A DNA stretch of 59,529 nucleotides from Nitrospirota bacterium (GCA_039932735.1 JBDTPK010000001.1:1-59529); one strand, 5' to 3'. Shown: positions 52,601 to 59,529, numbered from the stretch's first letter. Program-made: numbers and translations. The notes: generated by a model not told the origin, from the sequence alone.

Positions 52601-52697
52601 GGCGCATGCGCGGGATCCGTTTGCCGGCCCTCGCAAGATCGTCGTCGCGATGGGTGACATGATCAGCCACGCCTCGCTTCGCTCTGTCACCGTATAG
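43680..52697 (+). CDS. NRPS 3: C(DCL)-A-T-C(DCL-type, HHxxxDD)-A-T-C(LCL)-TauD
   Basis: C1 YYLSPLQQGLLFH...HHHILLDGWS; A1 code DLTKIGHVGK (Asp-like); T1 FFALGGDSI; C2 FHHILTDDWC; A2 code DIWELTADDK; T2 FFDLGGHSLL; C3 HHIAADAWS. A TauD domain follows C3 directly, with no A-T after it. Confidence 0.95.
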   Translation: MRNRPNIESMYYLSPLQQGLLFHRIADAEEDPYFYQHVYSLKGALRPDAFERAWQLVVERHPILRTAFIWEGVDRPMQVVRRQASLSIERYDWREALAVEHRQMLHSLLDRDRSAGWDFLVPPLMRLHLIRTTEEEWLFINSHHHILLDGWSMALVLKDMMAAYDATVQGRDHALPIPRPYRDYIGWLNRQDVQQAESYWREALKGFSTPTALSIEPPQDRGAKDSLPFAEQSLRISSERTSTLQSFSRQLRITMNTMIQGAWALLLHRYSGESDVLFGATVSGRPADLSGVADMVGLFINTVPIRVAVHSDMPLSSWLRGIQEQNSLLRQYEWTPLASIQRWGDNPGGRALFDSLVVFESYPEVEADGLPQALTVEPVFLHKNEPYTRTTGRNNYPMSLMVEPGRETKLIVSYMHRRFAHAAVSRLLRHFDTLLENMRAAPERPLREISLLPEAERRQLMAWNRSASPSPASDVCMHALIETQVQERPDATAVVTETDRLSYRELDRRANRLAHYLQERGVGPEKRVAICFERSLDLVIALLAVLKAGGAYVPLDPGFPKERLAHMVTDSGAVIVLSNSSQAEGVSGFKASLVLLDRQAREIAQRDDHRPTTEVTPQNLAYIIYTSGSTGQPKGVAVEHRQIVQYVRTVLDRLTLPAEASIAAVSTVAADLGNTALFGALCSGRPLHLLSADHGFDPNAMAAYMHDHAVDVLKIVPSHLNGLLSAEYPERVLPRRCLILGGEAVRQDLIQRVRALAPACAIVNHYGPTETTVGVLTHRVEEGVGGGGTGVPIGRPLPFTQVYVLDPGGRQVPIGMLGELYIGGGHVTRGYLGHPDLTAERFLPDVFGGETGSRLYRTGDRVRVRADGAIEFIGRVDNQVKVRGFRIELGEIDSHLRHEPSIAEAVTVVHETQDGVQQLVSYLVGASPIDTSAIRTRLARRLPDYMVPQAIVVLDAFPLTANGKLDRTAFPDPQQQHRSVGEASYVAPRNPIEAVLAAVWTDVLRIERVGVHDNFFALGGDSIRTLQVIARANQQGVKLTPKQLFEHQTVATAAAVAHWKDAATPDISPVPDASQSDRTPVHGRAAGESIQPIPPQPAAEKALPAFPLTGIEPERLLELRDDWDGIEDCYPLSPMQEGMLFHTLMNPGSGMYLMQQHYVWEGRMDRDAFGLAWQRVIDRHPILRTSFMWKDLDRPLQLVHRRVNARDVIKDVDCSHLGEDEQRSQMVKALEQELADGLAFTRAPLMRIRLVRQGAGRWTIVRSFHHILTDDWCFSLLMMDFMTHYEAFVEGRDLNVISPPPYREYIAWLQRQDLGAAQQFWKTELAGFTNPTPLGIDHVERTTPVTESSVGDVYMELSSEVSGQLRFLAQTYQLTPNTFVQGAWTLLLSRYSGEEDVLFGVTVAGRPPDLPGVEAIMGLFINTLPLRVTVPPEASLMGWLKDLLAANYRIRQYEYAPLVQIQQWSEVPPGQALFQSLLVFENAPKDPRLGEDHHDRVVSYEHDRVHTNYPVTVVGYPGDTMGVRLSYDRTLLEHGAVDRMLGHLKTLLEGMAAAPDAKLHELEMVGEAELRRVLTDWNDTDRVEECDERFPALFEAQVLRTPEAIAVQSGSHAFSYEALNRAGNRIAHALRALGTGPDTIVAVLDERGLALLSMIVGVLKAGGAYVPLDLHHPVERLAHVLDVSRTRVIVSRDVHAGLLAEVIALLPEERQPKILSVERMAMEDWPEENPCPINARSHLAYVIYTSGSTGLPKGAMVDCKGMLNHLTSKIPTLRLGAEDVVAQTASQCFDISVWQFLSPILCGARVQIVTDDVVRDPQRLLQEVANRNVTVLEVVPSLLSSMLDCSPLSLPHLRWLLPTGEALSPELCRRWFTRYPNIPLVNAYGPAECSDDVAIACIEHMPDEHVTRMPIGRPIDRVRLYIVDRHLEPVPAGVVGELCVGGAAVGRGYMHDPARTAEAFVPDPFCMEGSGRLYRTGDLARHRSDGMIEFVGRRDYQVKIRGFRIELSEIEARLSQHPDIARSVVLVREDQPGRRQLVAYAVTTQALTGEAIRMFVKQVLPDYMVPAAVVFLAALPLTPNGKIDRKALPVPEDDRTEERVEAPSTPTQDLVAGIWSEILGTERVGRHDQFFDLGGHSLLATQVISRVRAAFQIELPLRSLFDFPTVEGFAAAINRAAAQDIGASAPPIVPVARTERLPLSFAQQRLWFLAQMDPASGAYNLPFALKLQGALNCAALEKSFSELVRRHETLRTTFPSLDGEPSQVIVSPERFAFVTEDLTGLPDEDREASVMRCAEEEAHRPFALERDLPIRARLLKVQDDEHILLVTVHHIAADAWSLAVVTNEVAAVYRALAGASTQPDDGVSTALERILPELPVQYIDFSFWQREWLQGAVLEQEVGYWKQRLGSNPPQLALRTDRPRPEINTYRGGRHAFLVPKEVADALRTLSRRQGATVFMTLLSAFNVLLSRATGQTDILVGTDVANRNRHETEHLIGFFVNLLPLRTDVSGNPSFIEVLKRVREVALGAYAHQDLPFEKIVEALKLSRDLSRNPLVQVLFVLQNVPPPSLQLPDLNVESLEFEHEVSRFDLGLFMEETEDGLSGLWKFSRDLFEPETIAGMARNFVTLLGKIVAAPERGIDQLDMLSVEEKEARVMETKQREEGKLQRFKSIKPKTVALSQRTLVTSRLLSSDRSLPLMFMPAVDDVDLIDWAKENRSPLQRDLLKHGALLFRGFAARTVSDFEAVAQAVCPELFGEYGDLPREKSGRHVYGSTPYPPDKAILFHNESSHMHRWPQKQFFFCVEAAQEGGETPIVDCRAMYQALRPNIREALQSKQLMYVRNFTPGVDVSWQDFFRTSDRAVVEEMCAQNGMECIWVEKDSLRTRQFCPAVIEHPTTGEWVFFNQIQLHHVSCLEPAVRESLLSMLGMESIPRNVYFGDGSPIDDAIVAEIGELYERTAVRFHWQNGDLLMLDNMLVAHARDPFAGPRKIVVAMGDMISHASLRSVTV
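51747..52694 (+). other. C-terminally fused TauD/TfdA-type hydroxylase domain of NRPS 3
   Basis: LFHNESSH (HxE), GGETPIVDCR and LDNMLVAHARDPF. It is a paralog of the stand-alone enzyme at 28245..29282. Confidence 0.85.
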
Positions 52698-52705
52698 GAA
52701 GATTC

Positions 52706-55700
52706 ATGCAACAAGAGGTCGAGGTACAGGGATTCCGCCTTTCCCCGCAACAAAAGCGGCTGTGGGGGTTTCAGCAACACGGTGCGGTGTCCTACGCGCA
52801 AGCGGTCATTCGTCTTGATGGTGTCATCGACGGCAGCCGGTTGAGAACTGCGCTCCGCAAGGTGGTGGCCCGCCACCAAAGTCTCCGGACGAACTTTTAT
52901 CGCGAGGCAGGCGTCAAGATCCCTTTTCAAGTCATTTCCGAACAGGTCGAGGTTCCGTGGCGGAGCCTCGATCTTCGGTGCCTTGAGGACAGCCGGCATC
53001 ATGAGTCCGTCGAAGCCGAGCTGGCAGCGGGACGTGCGGCCTCGGTCTCGTGGGAATGCGGCTCATTGTTGAGCGCCACATGGTGCATTTTTTCGCCTGA
53101 ACGTTCCGTGCTGCTCCTTGATATTCCGGCGCTCTGCGCTGATCGATGCTCCCTGCAGAATCTTGCGAGTGAGCTAGCCCGGTGGTATAGGGACCCGGAC
53201 GCCGAAGAAATTGCGGACGAGCCGGTGCAGTACGCTCAATTTTCCGAATGGCAGAATGAACTGCTCGCAGAAGGAGAGGCCGAGGCTGGTCGCGGATGGT
53301 GGGCGAAGCAACAGTTGGCCTCCTATCCAGCCCTGACATTGCCGTTCGAACGCCCATCTGACGCACCGGGCTCCTGCTTTTCTCTGCACTCGATCCAACA
53401 AGATGTGCCTCAAGATGTGGTGGTGCGCTTGGAACAGATTGCGCACGACCGGCAGGTGTCGCTGGAAGTGGTCCTCTACGTATGTTGGCAGGTGTGGCTG
53501 GCGCGAGTCACGCGGCAGCGGGATCTGGTCTGTTGGTGGCGGTGTCATGGCCGGCCATACGAAGAATTGAGAGAGGGGATCGGGCTGTTTGAAAGATGGC
53601 TACCTGTGTATGGGCTGTTGGACCCGCAGATATCCGCTCATGATCTGATTTCACGAGCGGTCAAGGCCCATGCGCACGCTATTGAGTGGCAGGAGTATTT
53701 TCCCAGTGAAACGAACAGCGCTCAACTCAATGCGCTGACGGACCCCATCGGATTTGAGTATGAGCGGATAGAAGGGCCGTGTCGAATCGAGCAAGGGACG
53801 CTGACGCTTGAACGATCCATCCTCTCCACTGAACCATTTAAATTGCGGCTGACCTGTTCGCAACGGGATAGGGTTCTTCGTCTCACCTGGCACTATTCTC
53901 TCGACCGGATTCCGCACGAATCGCTGCAATATTTTGCCGATCAGTTTACGGCGCTGCTTCGCAGCGTACCCGAACATGTGAACGATCCAATCGAAATTCT
54001 GGACATGGTCGGCATGCAAGAGCGGCAGCGGCTGATCCGCACCTTGAATGATACGGTGCGCTCTTACGATGGGTTGGCACCGTTGCATCGGCTATTCGAA
54101 GGGCAGGCGGGTCGGCAGCCGGACGCGCCTGCCCTCGTTGCCGCCGACTGTGCCTTGACCTATGCAGAATTAAACGTCAGGGCCAACCGTGTGGCGCATG
54201 GCCTTATTCGCCGAGGCGTGAAGCGGGGGGATTGCGTCGGCCTCTGTTTGGAACGTTCAGGCGAGATGATCATTGGACTGTTGGGAGTCCTCAAAGCGGG
54301 AGCGGCGTATGTGCCTGTGGACCCAGCGCACGCCGCTGTTCGGCTGGTGCCGCAAATGACCCAGAGCGGTGCGACGATCGTTCTGGCACAGAGTGAGTCG
54401 ACCCAACTCTGGCCGGGATTCGTTGGAACGGTCTTGGGGATTGGGGAGTCTTCGTCGGTTTTTGCAACAGAGCCCGATACCGATCCGACCCTGCCAATGT
54501 CGCTTGATGATCTCGCCTATGTGATTTACACCTCAGGATCGACCGGTGTTCCGAAAGGTGTCGCGATTACCCATGGAAATGTGGTGAATTACACCCGTGC
54601 GCTCTGTCGACAGTTGGATATGCAGGAGCCGTTGCAGTTCGCGACGGTCTCGACGTTGAGCGCCGATTTGGGGAATACCGCCATTTTCCCCAGTCTGGCT
54701 TCAGGTGGATGCCTCCATATCATCACCTATGAGACGGCGACGGATGGACAGTTGTTCAGTGCTTATCTGGTACGGCATCCCATCGATGTGTTGAAGATCG
54801 TACCCTCCCACTTCAAAGCCTTGATGGTCACTGCCACTGGAGCTCACATCTTTCCCAGGAAGTATTTGATCATGGGCGGGGAGCGGCTGTCGTGCGAGTT
54901 GGCGGATCAGGTGACGCGACAGGCGTCCTGTGCGGTGATGAATCATTATGGACCGACCGAGACGACGATCGGTGCGTTGACATGTCCGGTTCTTCAAGCA
55001 GAGGAGAGGCGGTTATCCATCAACGTTCCTATCGGTCGCCCCATCGACAATCTAGAGGCGTACATCCTCGACAAGCGTCTGGAAACGGTGCCCGTGGGCG
55101 TACCAGGAGAACTCTATCTTGGCGGGGAAGGATTGGCTCGGGGCTACCTTGGTCAGCCGGACCGGACTGCCGAACGATTCGTTCCTCATCTCCATACGTC
55201 GCAGTCCGGTGCACGTCTCTATAGAACGGGTGATGTCGCTCGTTTCTGGCCGGACGGCAGGATCGAGTTTCTTGGGCGGGTCGATCATCAAGTAAAAATA
55301 CGAGGATTCCGGATCGAACTGGGAGAAATCGAGGCGGCACTGGCTCAGCATCCTGCCGTTCAGGATGCCGTCGTGACGGCGCATGAGGACCGACACGGCG
55401 AAGACAATTTGGCCGCGTACCTTGTGATGCGAGGACCGGAGGCCGACGGCCGTACGATTCAGGACTTCCTTCGATCACGCCTTCCCGATTACATGATTCC
55501 CACGATGGTGATGTTTCTGCCGGCCATGCCGCTTAGTGCAAACGGCAAAGTCGATCGACATGCGTTACCGGAGCCGGACCAAGGCCGAGGCGGCGAGCGG
55601 ATGTTTGTCACCCCCCGTACAGCGACCGAAGAAATCCTTGCGGGCCTATGGAGCGAGGTCCTCAAAAGAGACGCTGTGGGAGTCCAGGATAATTTTTTTG

Positions 55701-58700
55701 ACCTCGGCGGACATTCTCTTCTTGCTACGCAAGTCATGTCCCGATTGCGTCAAGCTTTTCGCGTCGATTTGCCGTTACGAACTCTGTTCGACGCTCCGAG
55801 CATTGCGCAGTTGGCGGACGTGGTCGACGCGGCCAGAGCCCTCGGCTCTTCCGACGAGTCTCCGGCGATGCCTCCGGTCCCGCGCAGCGGACCAATTCCG
55901 CTCTCGTTCGCACAACAACGGTTGTGGATTCTGGCGCAGTTAGACCCCGATAGCGCGGCCTATAATATTCCAATCGCCTTGCGTGTGCTGGGGCCGCTGG
56001 ATACGGTGGCATTGCAACAGAGCTTCGACGAAGTCGTGCGACGCCATGAGGTGCTGCGGACAACATTCAAGGCAATCAATGGAGAACCGATCCAGGTCAT
56101 CACGCCGTCGCTGATAATCCCATTGCCTGTCGTCGATTTACAGCATGTGTCAGAACACGATCGGCAGGCGGCCGCCGTTCGGCTGGCCACTGCCGAAGCA
56201 CAGCGGCCGTTCGATCTCCAATATGGGCCGCTGTTGCGCATCAACGCGCTTCGGCTGAATCCCGACGAACATGTCTTGCTTCTGACCCTACACCATATTG
56301 TGTCGGACGCCTGGTCTGCACATGTGCTGGTTCGAGAAGTGACCGCATTGTACAGTGCATTTATAGAGGGACGTCCTTTGCCGCTCTCCGATCTTCCCAT
56401 TCAGTATGCCGATTTTTCCCAATGGCAGCATGCATGGTTGTCCGGCTCTGTTTTGGAGCGAGAATTAGGATATTGGAAAGACGTGTTGAGCGGCGAATTG
56501 CCGATCCTGCATCTCCCCACGGATCGACCACGCCCGGTCATTCAATCATCACATGGGGCGATAGAAACGTTGGTGCTTTCGAGTGAGATATCGGCGGCCA
56601 GCAAAGAGTTAAGCAGACGGACGAGCGCCACAATCTATATGACGCTGTTGACGGCATGGTATCTATTGCTGTTCCGTTATACGGGTCAAAAGGATCTGAT
56701 CATTGGAACTCCGATAGCCAATCGGACCAGAAGAGAAGTGGAAAACCTCATCGGTTTTTTCGTGAATACGCTGGCGATGCGTATGCAGGTGGACGGATAT
56801 GCACCCGTATCGGAAATAATTGCAAACGTTCGCGAGGCTTGTCTGGAGGCCTATGCGCATCAGGAGACGCCGTTCGAAAAATTAGTGGAGGTGCTGCAGC
56901 CGAGACGGGATGTCGGCCGAGCGCCGATTTTTCAAGTGATGTTCGATCTTCAAAATGCGCCGTCATCGGAACTGGACGTGCAGTCCCTGGAGTTTCTTCC
57001 GCTCGAAGTCGACAGTCGTACCGCCAAATTCGATTTATCGATGACCGTTCAGGAGTTGGATCACCAGTTCGCAATTTCAATCGAGTACAACAGCGACCTG
57101 TTTGACGCGGTGACTATTCAGCGGATGCTGAGGCATTACGAGCTGCTGCTCAACGGAATGGCCACGAGTCCTGAGACTCGCGTGATTGATGTACCCTTGC
57201 TGACTCAAGAGGAGCGGCAGCATGTGATCGCCATCAATAGAGCGAGCGAGCCAGCACCGGTCGTACGGTGCGTGCATGAAATGTTTGAGGCCCAAGTCGG
57301 GTGCACGGCGGATGCCACGGCGGTAGTGTGGCAAGAACAGTCGTTGTCCTACCGGGAGCTCAATGCGAAGTCCAATCAGCTTGCGCGATTCCTTCGTGAA
57401 CAAGGGATTGGGCCGGAGAAGCGGGTTGGAATCTGCATGGATCGATCATTGGATATGGTGGTGACGCTACTCGGAATTATGAAAGCCGGAGGCGTCTATG
57501 TTCCGATCGATCCCCGGTCTCCGGTGCACCGTCGATCCGCGTTGTCGCTCGACGCAGAGCTGGATATGCTGGTGGTTGATAGTCATGCTGCATCAGGACT
57601 GGATAAACTTCCGGTCAATAGGTTGAGTCTTGACGAGAGTCGAGATGAGATCGCACGATTCGGGGAACAGGATCTTGTGTCGGGGGCGACGGCCCATAAT
57701 GCAGCATACGTTATCTATACGTCGGGTTCGACCGGTAAACCTAAGGGAGTTGTCATTTCCCATCGAGCCTTATCCCTCCACGTTGTCGCCGCCGCTGCGC
57801 GGTACGGCGTCCGATCGTCCGATCGAGCGCTTCAGTTTGCAGGGCTGAGTTTCGACGTCGCGACAGAAGAATTATTTTCGACGTGGTTGTCTGGCGCAAC
57901 AGTTGTCTTGCAGCCGTGCAGGCTCTTTGATTCTATTCCTGCTTTTGTGGATTTTGTCGCGCAACAACACATTAGTATCGTCGGGTTACCCGCCTCGTAT
58001 TGGCAAAGCTGGGTGGCACAGATGGAGGAGACGGCGGCAGCCGCTGTTCCTTCGAACGTGCGAGTTCTCATTGTCGGCAATGAACCCGTCTCCTCGGTCT
58101 CCCTCGCCGTATGGCAGCGACATTTAGGGTCACGTGTGCGGTGGTTGAACGCCTATGGACCGACTGAAGCCACTATTACTGCAACGGTGTATGAGCCGGA
58201 TCTCGAACAACCGCTGATCGAACCGCGTACGGTGCCGATCGGAAGACCGATGCCCACCCGGTCGATGTATGTCTTGGATGCTGCGCTTCAGCCGGTTCCA
58301 ATGGGTATCTCCGGAGAGCTGTATCTCGGCGGTGAAAGTCTTTCACGCGGTTACCTGCATTGTCCCGAATTGACCGCTGAGAAGTTTTTGCCGGACTTCC
58401 TTGGAGGTGTGCCTGGCACGAGGCTCTATAAAACGGGAGATCGTGTACGGCTACGGCCGGATGGCATCATCGAGTTTCTCGGCCGTCTCGACGATCAAGT
58501 TAAATTGCGCGGGTATCGCATCGAGTTGGGCGAGATCGAGGCCGAGCTTCGTCAACATCCAGATGTACAGGAAGCCGTGGTGGTGACTCTGGAAGATGCC
58601 GAGACGGTACAGCGGCTGGTAGCCTATGTCGTCTATCGAAATGATGGGAGGTCTGAGAGCGGATCGCTACTCCGGTGGCTCGGAGAGTCTCTCCCCGACT

Positions 58701-59529
58701 ACATGATTCCTTCGCGCATCGTCTCCATACCGCATGTTCCCAGGACCTCAGGAGGGAAGGTCGATCGAACTGCACTGCCGACTCCCGAGTGGTCGAAAGG
58801 AGGTGTGGAAGCATACGCGGTCCCGCACACTCCGATGCAAATACAGCTCGCGAAGATATGGAGCGAGCTGCTTGGTGTCGAGAGGGTTGGAATCCATGAC
58901 AATTTTTTTGATCTGGGTGGGCATTCTCTTCTTGCCGTGCAACTGATCTCGCGTATTCAGAGAATGGCCGACCATCCTCTCTCGCTCATGGATCTGTTTC
59001 AGGCTCCCACCGTGGAGCGCCTGGCGACTATGGTGAAAAAGGAGCATCGGACGGTCGCGCCGGAGATTGTGACGTTACGTACCGGGGGCGGGCTTCCTCC
59101 AGTCTATTGTTTTGATCCGACCGGTACTCATGTGCAGGCCTATCGACCGCTTGCATCGTCTCTCGCAGCCGAACAGCCGGTTTACGGGCTCTCGTTGAAC
59201 CATATCTTTTCCCTGAAATGGCAAGAGGTCTCGTTGAATGCCATTGCTGAACAACATGCGCGTTTGATTCATGATCAACAGCCGCGAGGGCCGTATCGTC
59301 TTCTGGGATGGTCGAACGGAGGGGTGCTTGCATTTGCCACTGCGCGAGTGTTGGAGCGGAGAGGGGAGGCCGTCGATTTTCTGGGTGTATTGGATACTCA
59401 GCCGGATGTGGCAGTCTATGCCTCTGATAATCCAACGCCTGTAGACGAACTCGTGGCATATATTCGGCGGGATCGCGAAGAGGCGTTTAACTCGATTTCT
59501 GAGCGGGAACGTGACGCATTGCAACAGGA
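52706..59529 (+). CDS. NRPS 4 (3'-partial, absent from the ORF track): degenerate C-like domain - A - T - C(LCL) - A - T - TE
   Basis: I translated 2,274 codons from ATG 52706 (aggaag RBS) to the window end with no stop. The N-terminal C-like domain has LLDIPALCADRCS where HHxxxDG is expected. A1 code DLTKIGHIGK (Asp-like); T FFDLGGHSLL; C HHIVSDAWS; A2 code about DVEGIGAITK; T FFDLGGHSLL; TE LLGWSNGGVLAFA. Confidence 0.9.
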   Translation, partial: MQQEVEVQGFRLSPQQKRLWGFQQHGAVSYAQAVIRLDGVIDGSRLRTALRKVVARHQSLRTNFYREAGVKIPFQVISEQVEVPWRSLDLRCLEDSRHHESVEAELAAGRAASVSWECGSLLSATWCIFSPERSVLLLDIPALCADRCSLQNLASELARWYRDPDAEEIADEPVQYAQFSEWQNELLAEGEAEAGRGWWAKQQLASYPALTLPFERPSDAPGSCFSLHSIQQDVPQDVVVRLEQIAHDRQVSLEVVLYVCWQVWLARVTRQRDLVCWWRCHGRPYEELREGIGLFERWLPVYGLLDPQISAHDLISRAVKAHAHAIEWQEYFPSETNSAQLNALTDPIGFEYERIEGPCRIEQGTLTLERSILSTEPFKLRLTCSQRDRVLRLTWHYSLDRIPHESLQYFADQFTALLRSVPEHVNDPIEILDMVGMQERQRLIRTLNDTVRSYDGLAPLHRLFEGQAGRQPDAPALVAADCALTYAELNVRANRVAHGLIRRGVKRGDCVGLCLERSGEMIIGLLGVLKAGAAYVPVDPAHAAVRLVPQMTQSGATIVLAQSESTQLWPGFVGTVLGIGESSSVFATEPDTDPTLPMSLDDLAYVIYTSGSTGVPKGVAITHGNVVNYTRALCRQLDMQEPLQFATVSTLSADLGNTAIFPSLASGGCLHIITYETATDGQLFSAYLVRHPIDVLKIVPSHFKALMVTATGAHIFPRKYLIMGGERLSCELADQVTRQASCAVMNHYGPTETTIGALTCPVLQAEERRLSINVPIGRPIDNLEAYILDKRLETVPVGVPGELYLGGEGLARGYLGQPDRTAERFVPHLHTSQSGARLYRTGDVARFWPDGRIEFLGRVDHQVKIRGFRIELGEIEAALAQHPAVQDAVVTAHEDRHGEDNLAAYLVMRGPEADGRTIQDFLRSRLPDYMIPTMVMFLPAMPLSANGKVDRHALPEPDQGRGGERMFVTPRTATEEILAGLWSEVLKRDAVGVQDNFFDLGGHSLLATQVMSRLRQAFRVDLPLRTLFDAPSIAQLADVVDAARALGSSDESPAMPPVPRSGPIPLSFAQQRLWILAQLDPDSAAYNIPIALRVLGPLDTVALQQSFDEVVRRHEVLRTTFKAINGEPIQVITPSLIIPLPVVDLQHVSEHDRQAAAVRLATAEAQRPFDLQYGPLLRINALRLNPDEHVLLLTLHHIVSDAWSAHVLVREVTALYSAFIEGRPLPLSDLPIQYADFSQWQHAWLSGSVLERELGYWKDVLSGELPILHLPTDRPRPVIQSSHGAIETLVLSSEISAASKELSRRTSATIYMTLLTAWYLLLFRYTGQKDLIIGTPIANRTRREVENLIGFFVNTLAMRMQVDGYAPVSEIIANVREACLEAYAHQETPFEKLVEVLQPRRDVGRAPIFQVMFDLQNAPSSELDVQSLEFLPLEVDSRTAKFDLSMTVQELDHQFAISIEYNSDLFDAVTIQRMLRHYELLLNGMATSPETRVIDVPLLTQEERQHVIAINRASEPAPVVRCVHEMFEAQVGCTADATAVVWQEQSLSYRELNAKSNQLARFLREQGIGPEKRVGICMDRSLDMVVTLLGIMKAGGVYVPIDPRSPVHRRSALSLDAELDMLVVDSHAASGLDKLPVNRLSLDESRDEIARFGEQDLVSGATAHNAAYVIYTSGSTGKPKGVVISHRALSLHVVAAAARYGVRSSDRALQFAGLSFDVATEELFSTWLSGATVVLQPCRLFDSIPAFVDFVAQQHISIVGLPASYWQSWVAQMEETAAAAVPSNVRVLIVGNEPVSSVSLAVWQRHLGSRVRWLNAYGPTEATITATVYEPDLEQPLIEPRTVPIGRPMPTRSMYVLDAALQPVPMGISGELYLGGESLSRGYLHCPELTAEKFLPDFLGGVPGTRLYKTGDRVRLRPDGIIEFLGRLDDQVKLRGYRIELGEIEAELRQHPDVQEAVVVTLEDAETVQRLVAYVVYRNDGRSESGSLLRWLGESLPDYMIPSRIVSIPHVPRTSGGKVDRTALPTPEWSKGGVEAYAVPHTPMQIQLAKIWSELLGVERVGIHDNFFDLGGHSLLAVQLISRIQRMADHPLSLMDLFQAPTVERLATMVKKEHRTVAPEIVTLRTGGGLPPVYCFDPTGTHVQAYRPLASSLAAEQPVYGLSLNHIFSLKWQEVSLNAIAEQHARLIHDQQPRGPYRLLGWSNGGVLAFATARVLERRGEAVDFLGVLDTQPDVAVYASDNPTPVDELVAYIRRDREEAFNSISERERDALQQ
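52727..54010 (+). other. Catalytically degenerate condensation-superfamily domain (candidate interface domain)
   Basis: It has the length and flanking motifs of a C domain (RLSPQQKRLW..., VQYAQFSEWQ), but both His residues of the HHxxxDG motif are absent. It sits directly after the C-TauD fusion and before an Asp-like A domain. Confidence 0.6.
59078..59529 (+). other. Thioesterase (release) domain, truncated by the window end
   Basis: PPVYCFDPTG...YRLLGWSNGGVLAFA (GxSxG). The Asp/His region lies beyond the window. Confidence 0.75.

Noticed and set aside
1-59529. Scan for CRISPR arrays, rRNA and tRNA genes
   Set aside because: I saw no short regularly spaced direct repeats, no rRNA-like conserved blocks and no cloverleaf-forming segments. 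The only large repeats are those listed as features.

Overview
All convincing genes in this 59.5-kb window lie on the + strand and form an iron-acquisition locus in two parts. Part 1 (about 0.1-10.4 kb) is an uptake and regulation module: TonB paralog, FecI-type ECF sigma, FecR-type anti-sigma, ExbB, ExbD, a second TonB, an orphan secreted protein, a small zinc-ribbon ORF, a TonB-dependent transducer-type receptor with an N-terminal signalling domain, and a PepSY-type membrane protein. Part 1 is bracketed by a ~105-bp imperfect inverted repeat (6..110 and 10436..10540) and has an IS3-family transposase remnant at its left edge. Part 2 (10.6 kb to beyond the window end) is one long, translationally coupled NRPS-PKS operon. 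Its order is FAAL-ACP-C-A interrupted by a GAMT/RMT2-like methyltransferase; a separate small protein carrying the missing A-domain C-terminal subdomain plus T; KS-AT-KR-ACP; a PvdE-like ABC exporter; a PvdH-like diaminobutyrate aminotransferase; a PvdQ-like Ntn acylase; MbtH; a type II thioesterase; a stand-alone TauD-type hydroxylase; and four NRPS genes. The last NRPS gene (52706 to >59529) is absent from the supplied ORF track because it runs off the window; I translated it by hand and it is open throughout. The features most worth follow-up are the guanidino-type methyltransferase embedded in a split adenylation domain, a perfect 1,728-bp duplication of an A domain between two NRPS genes, a C-TauD fusion followed by a catalytically degenerate C-like domain, three modules sharing one Dab-like specificity code, the inverted repeats around the uptake module, and a Fur-box-like promoter followed by a strong terminator before the first gene. 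I found no rRNA, tRNA or CRISPR array. Specificity codes and domain borders were extracted by eye and are approximate.
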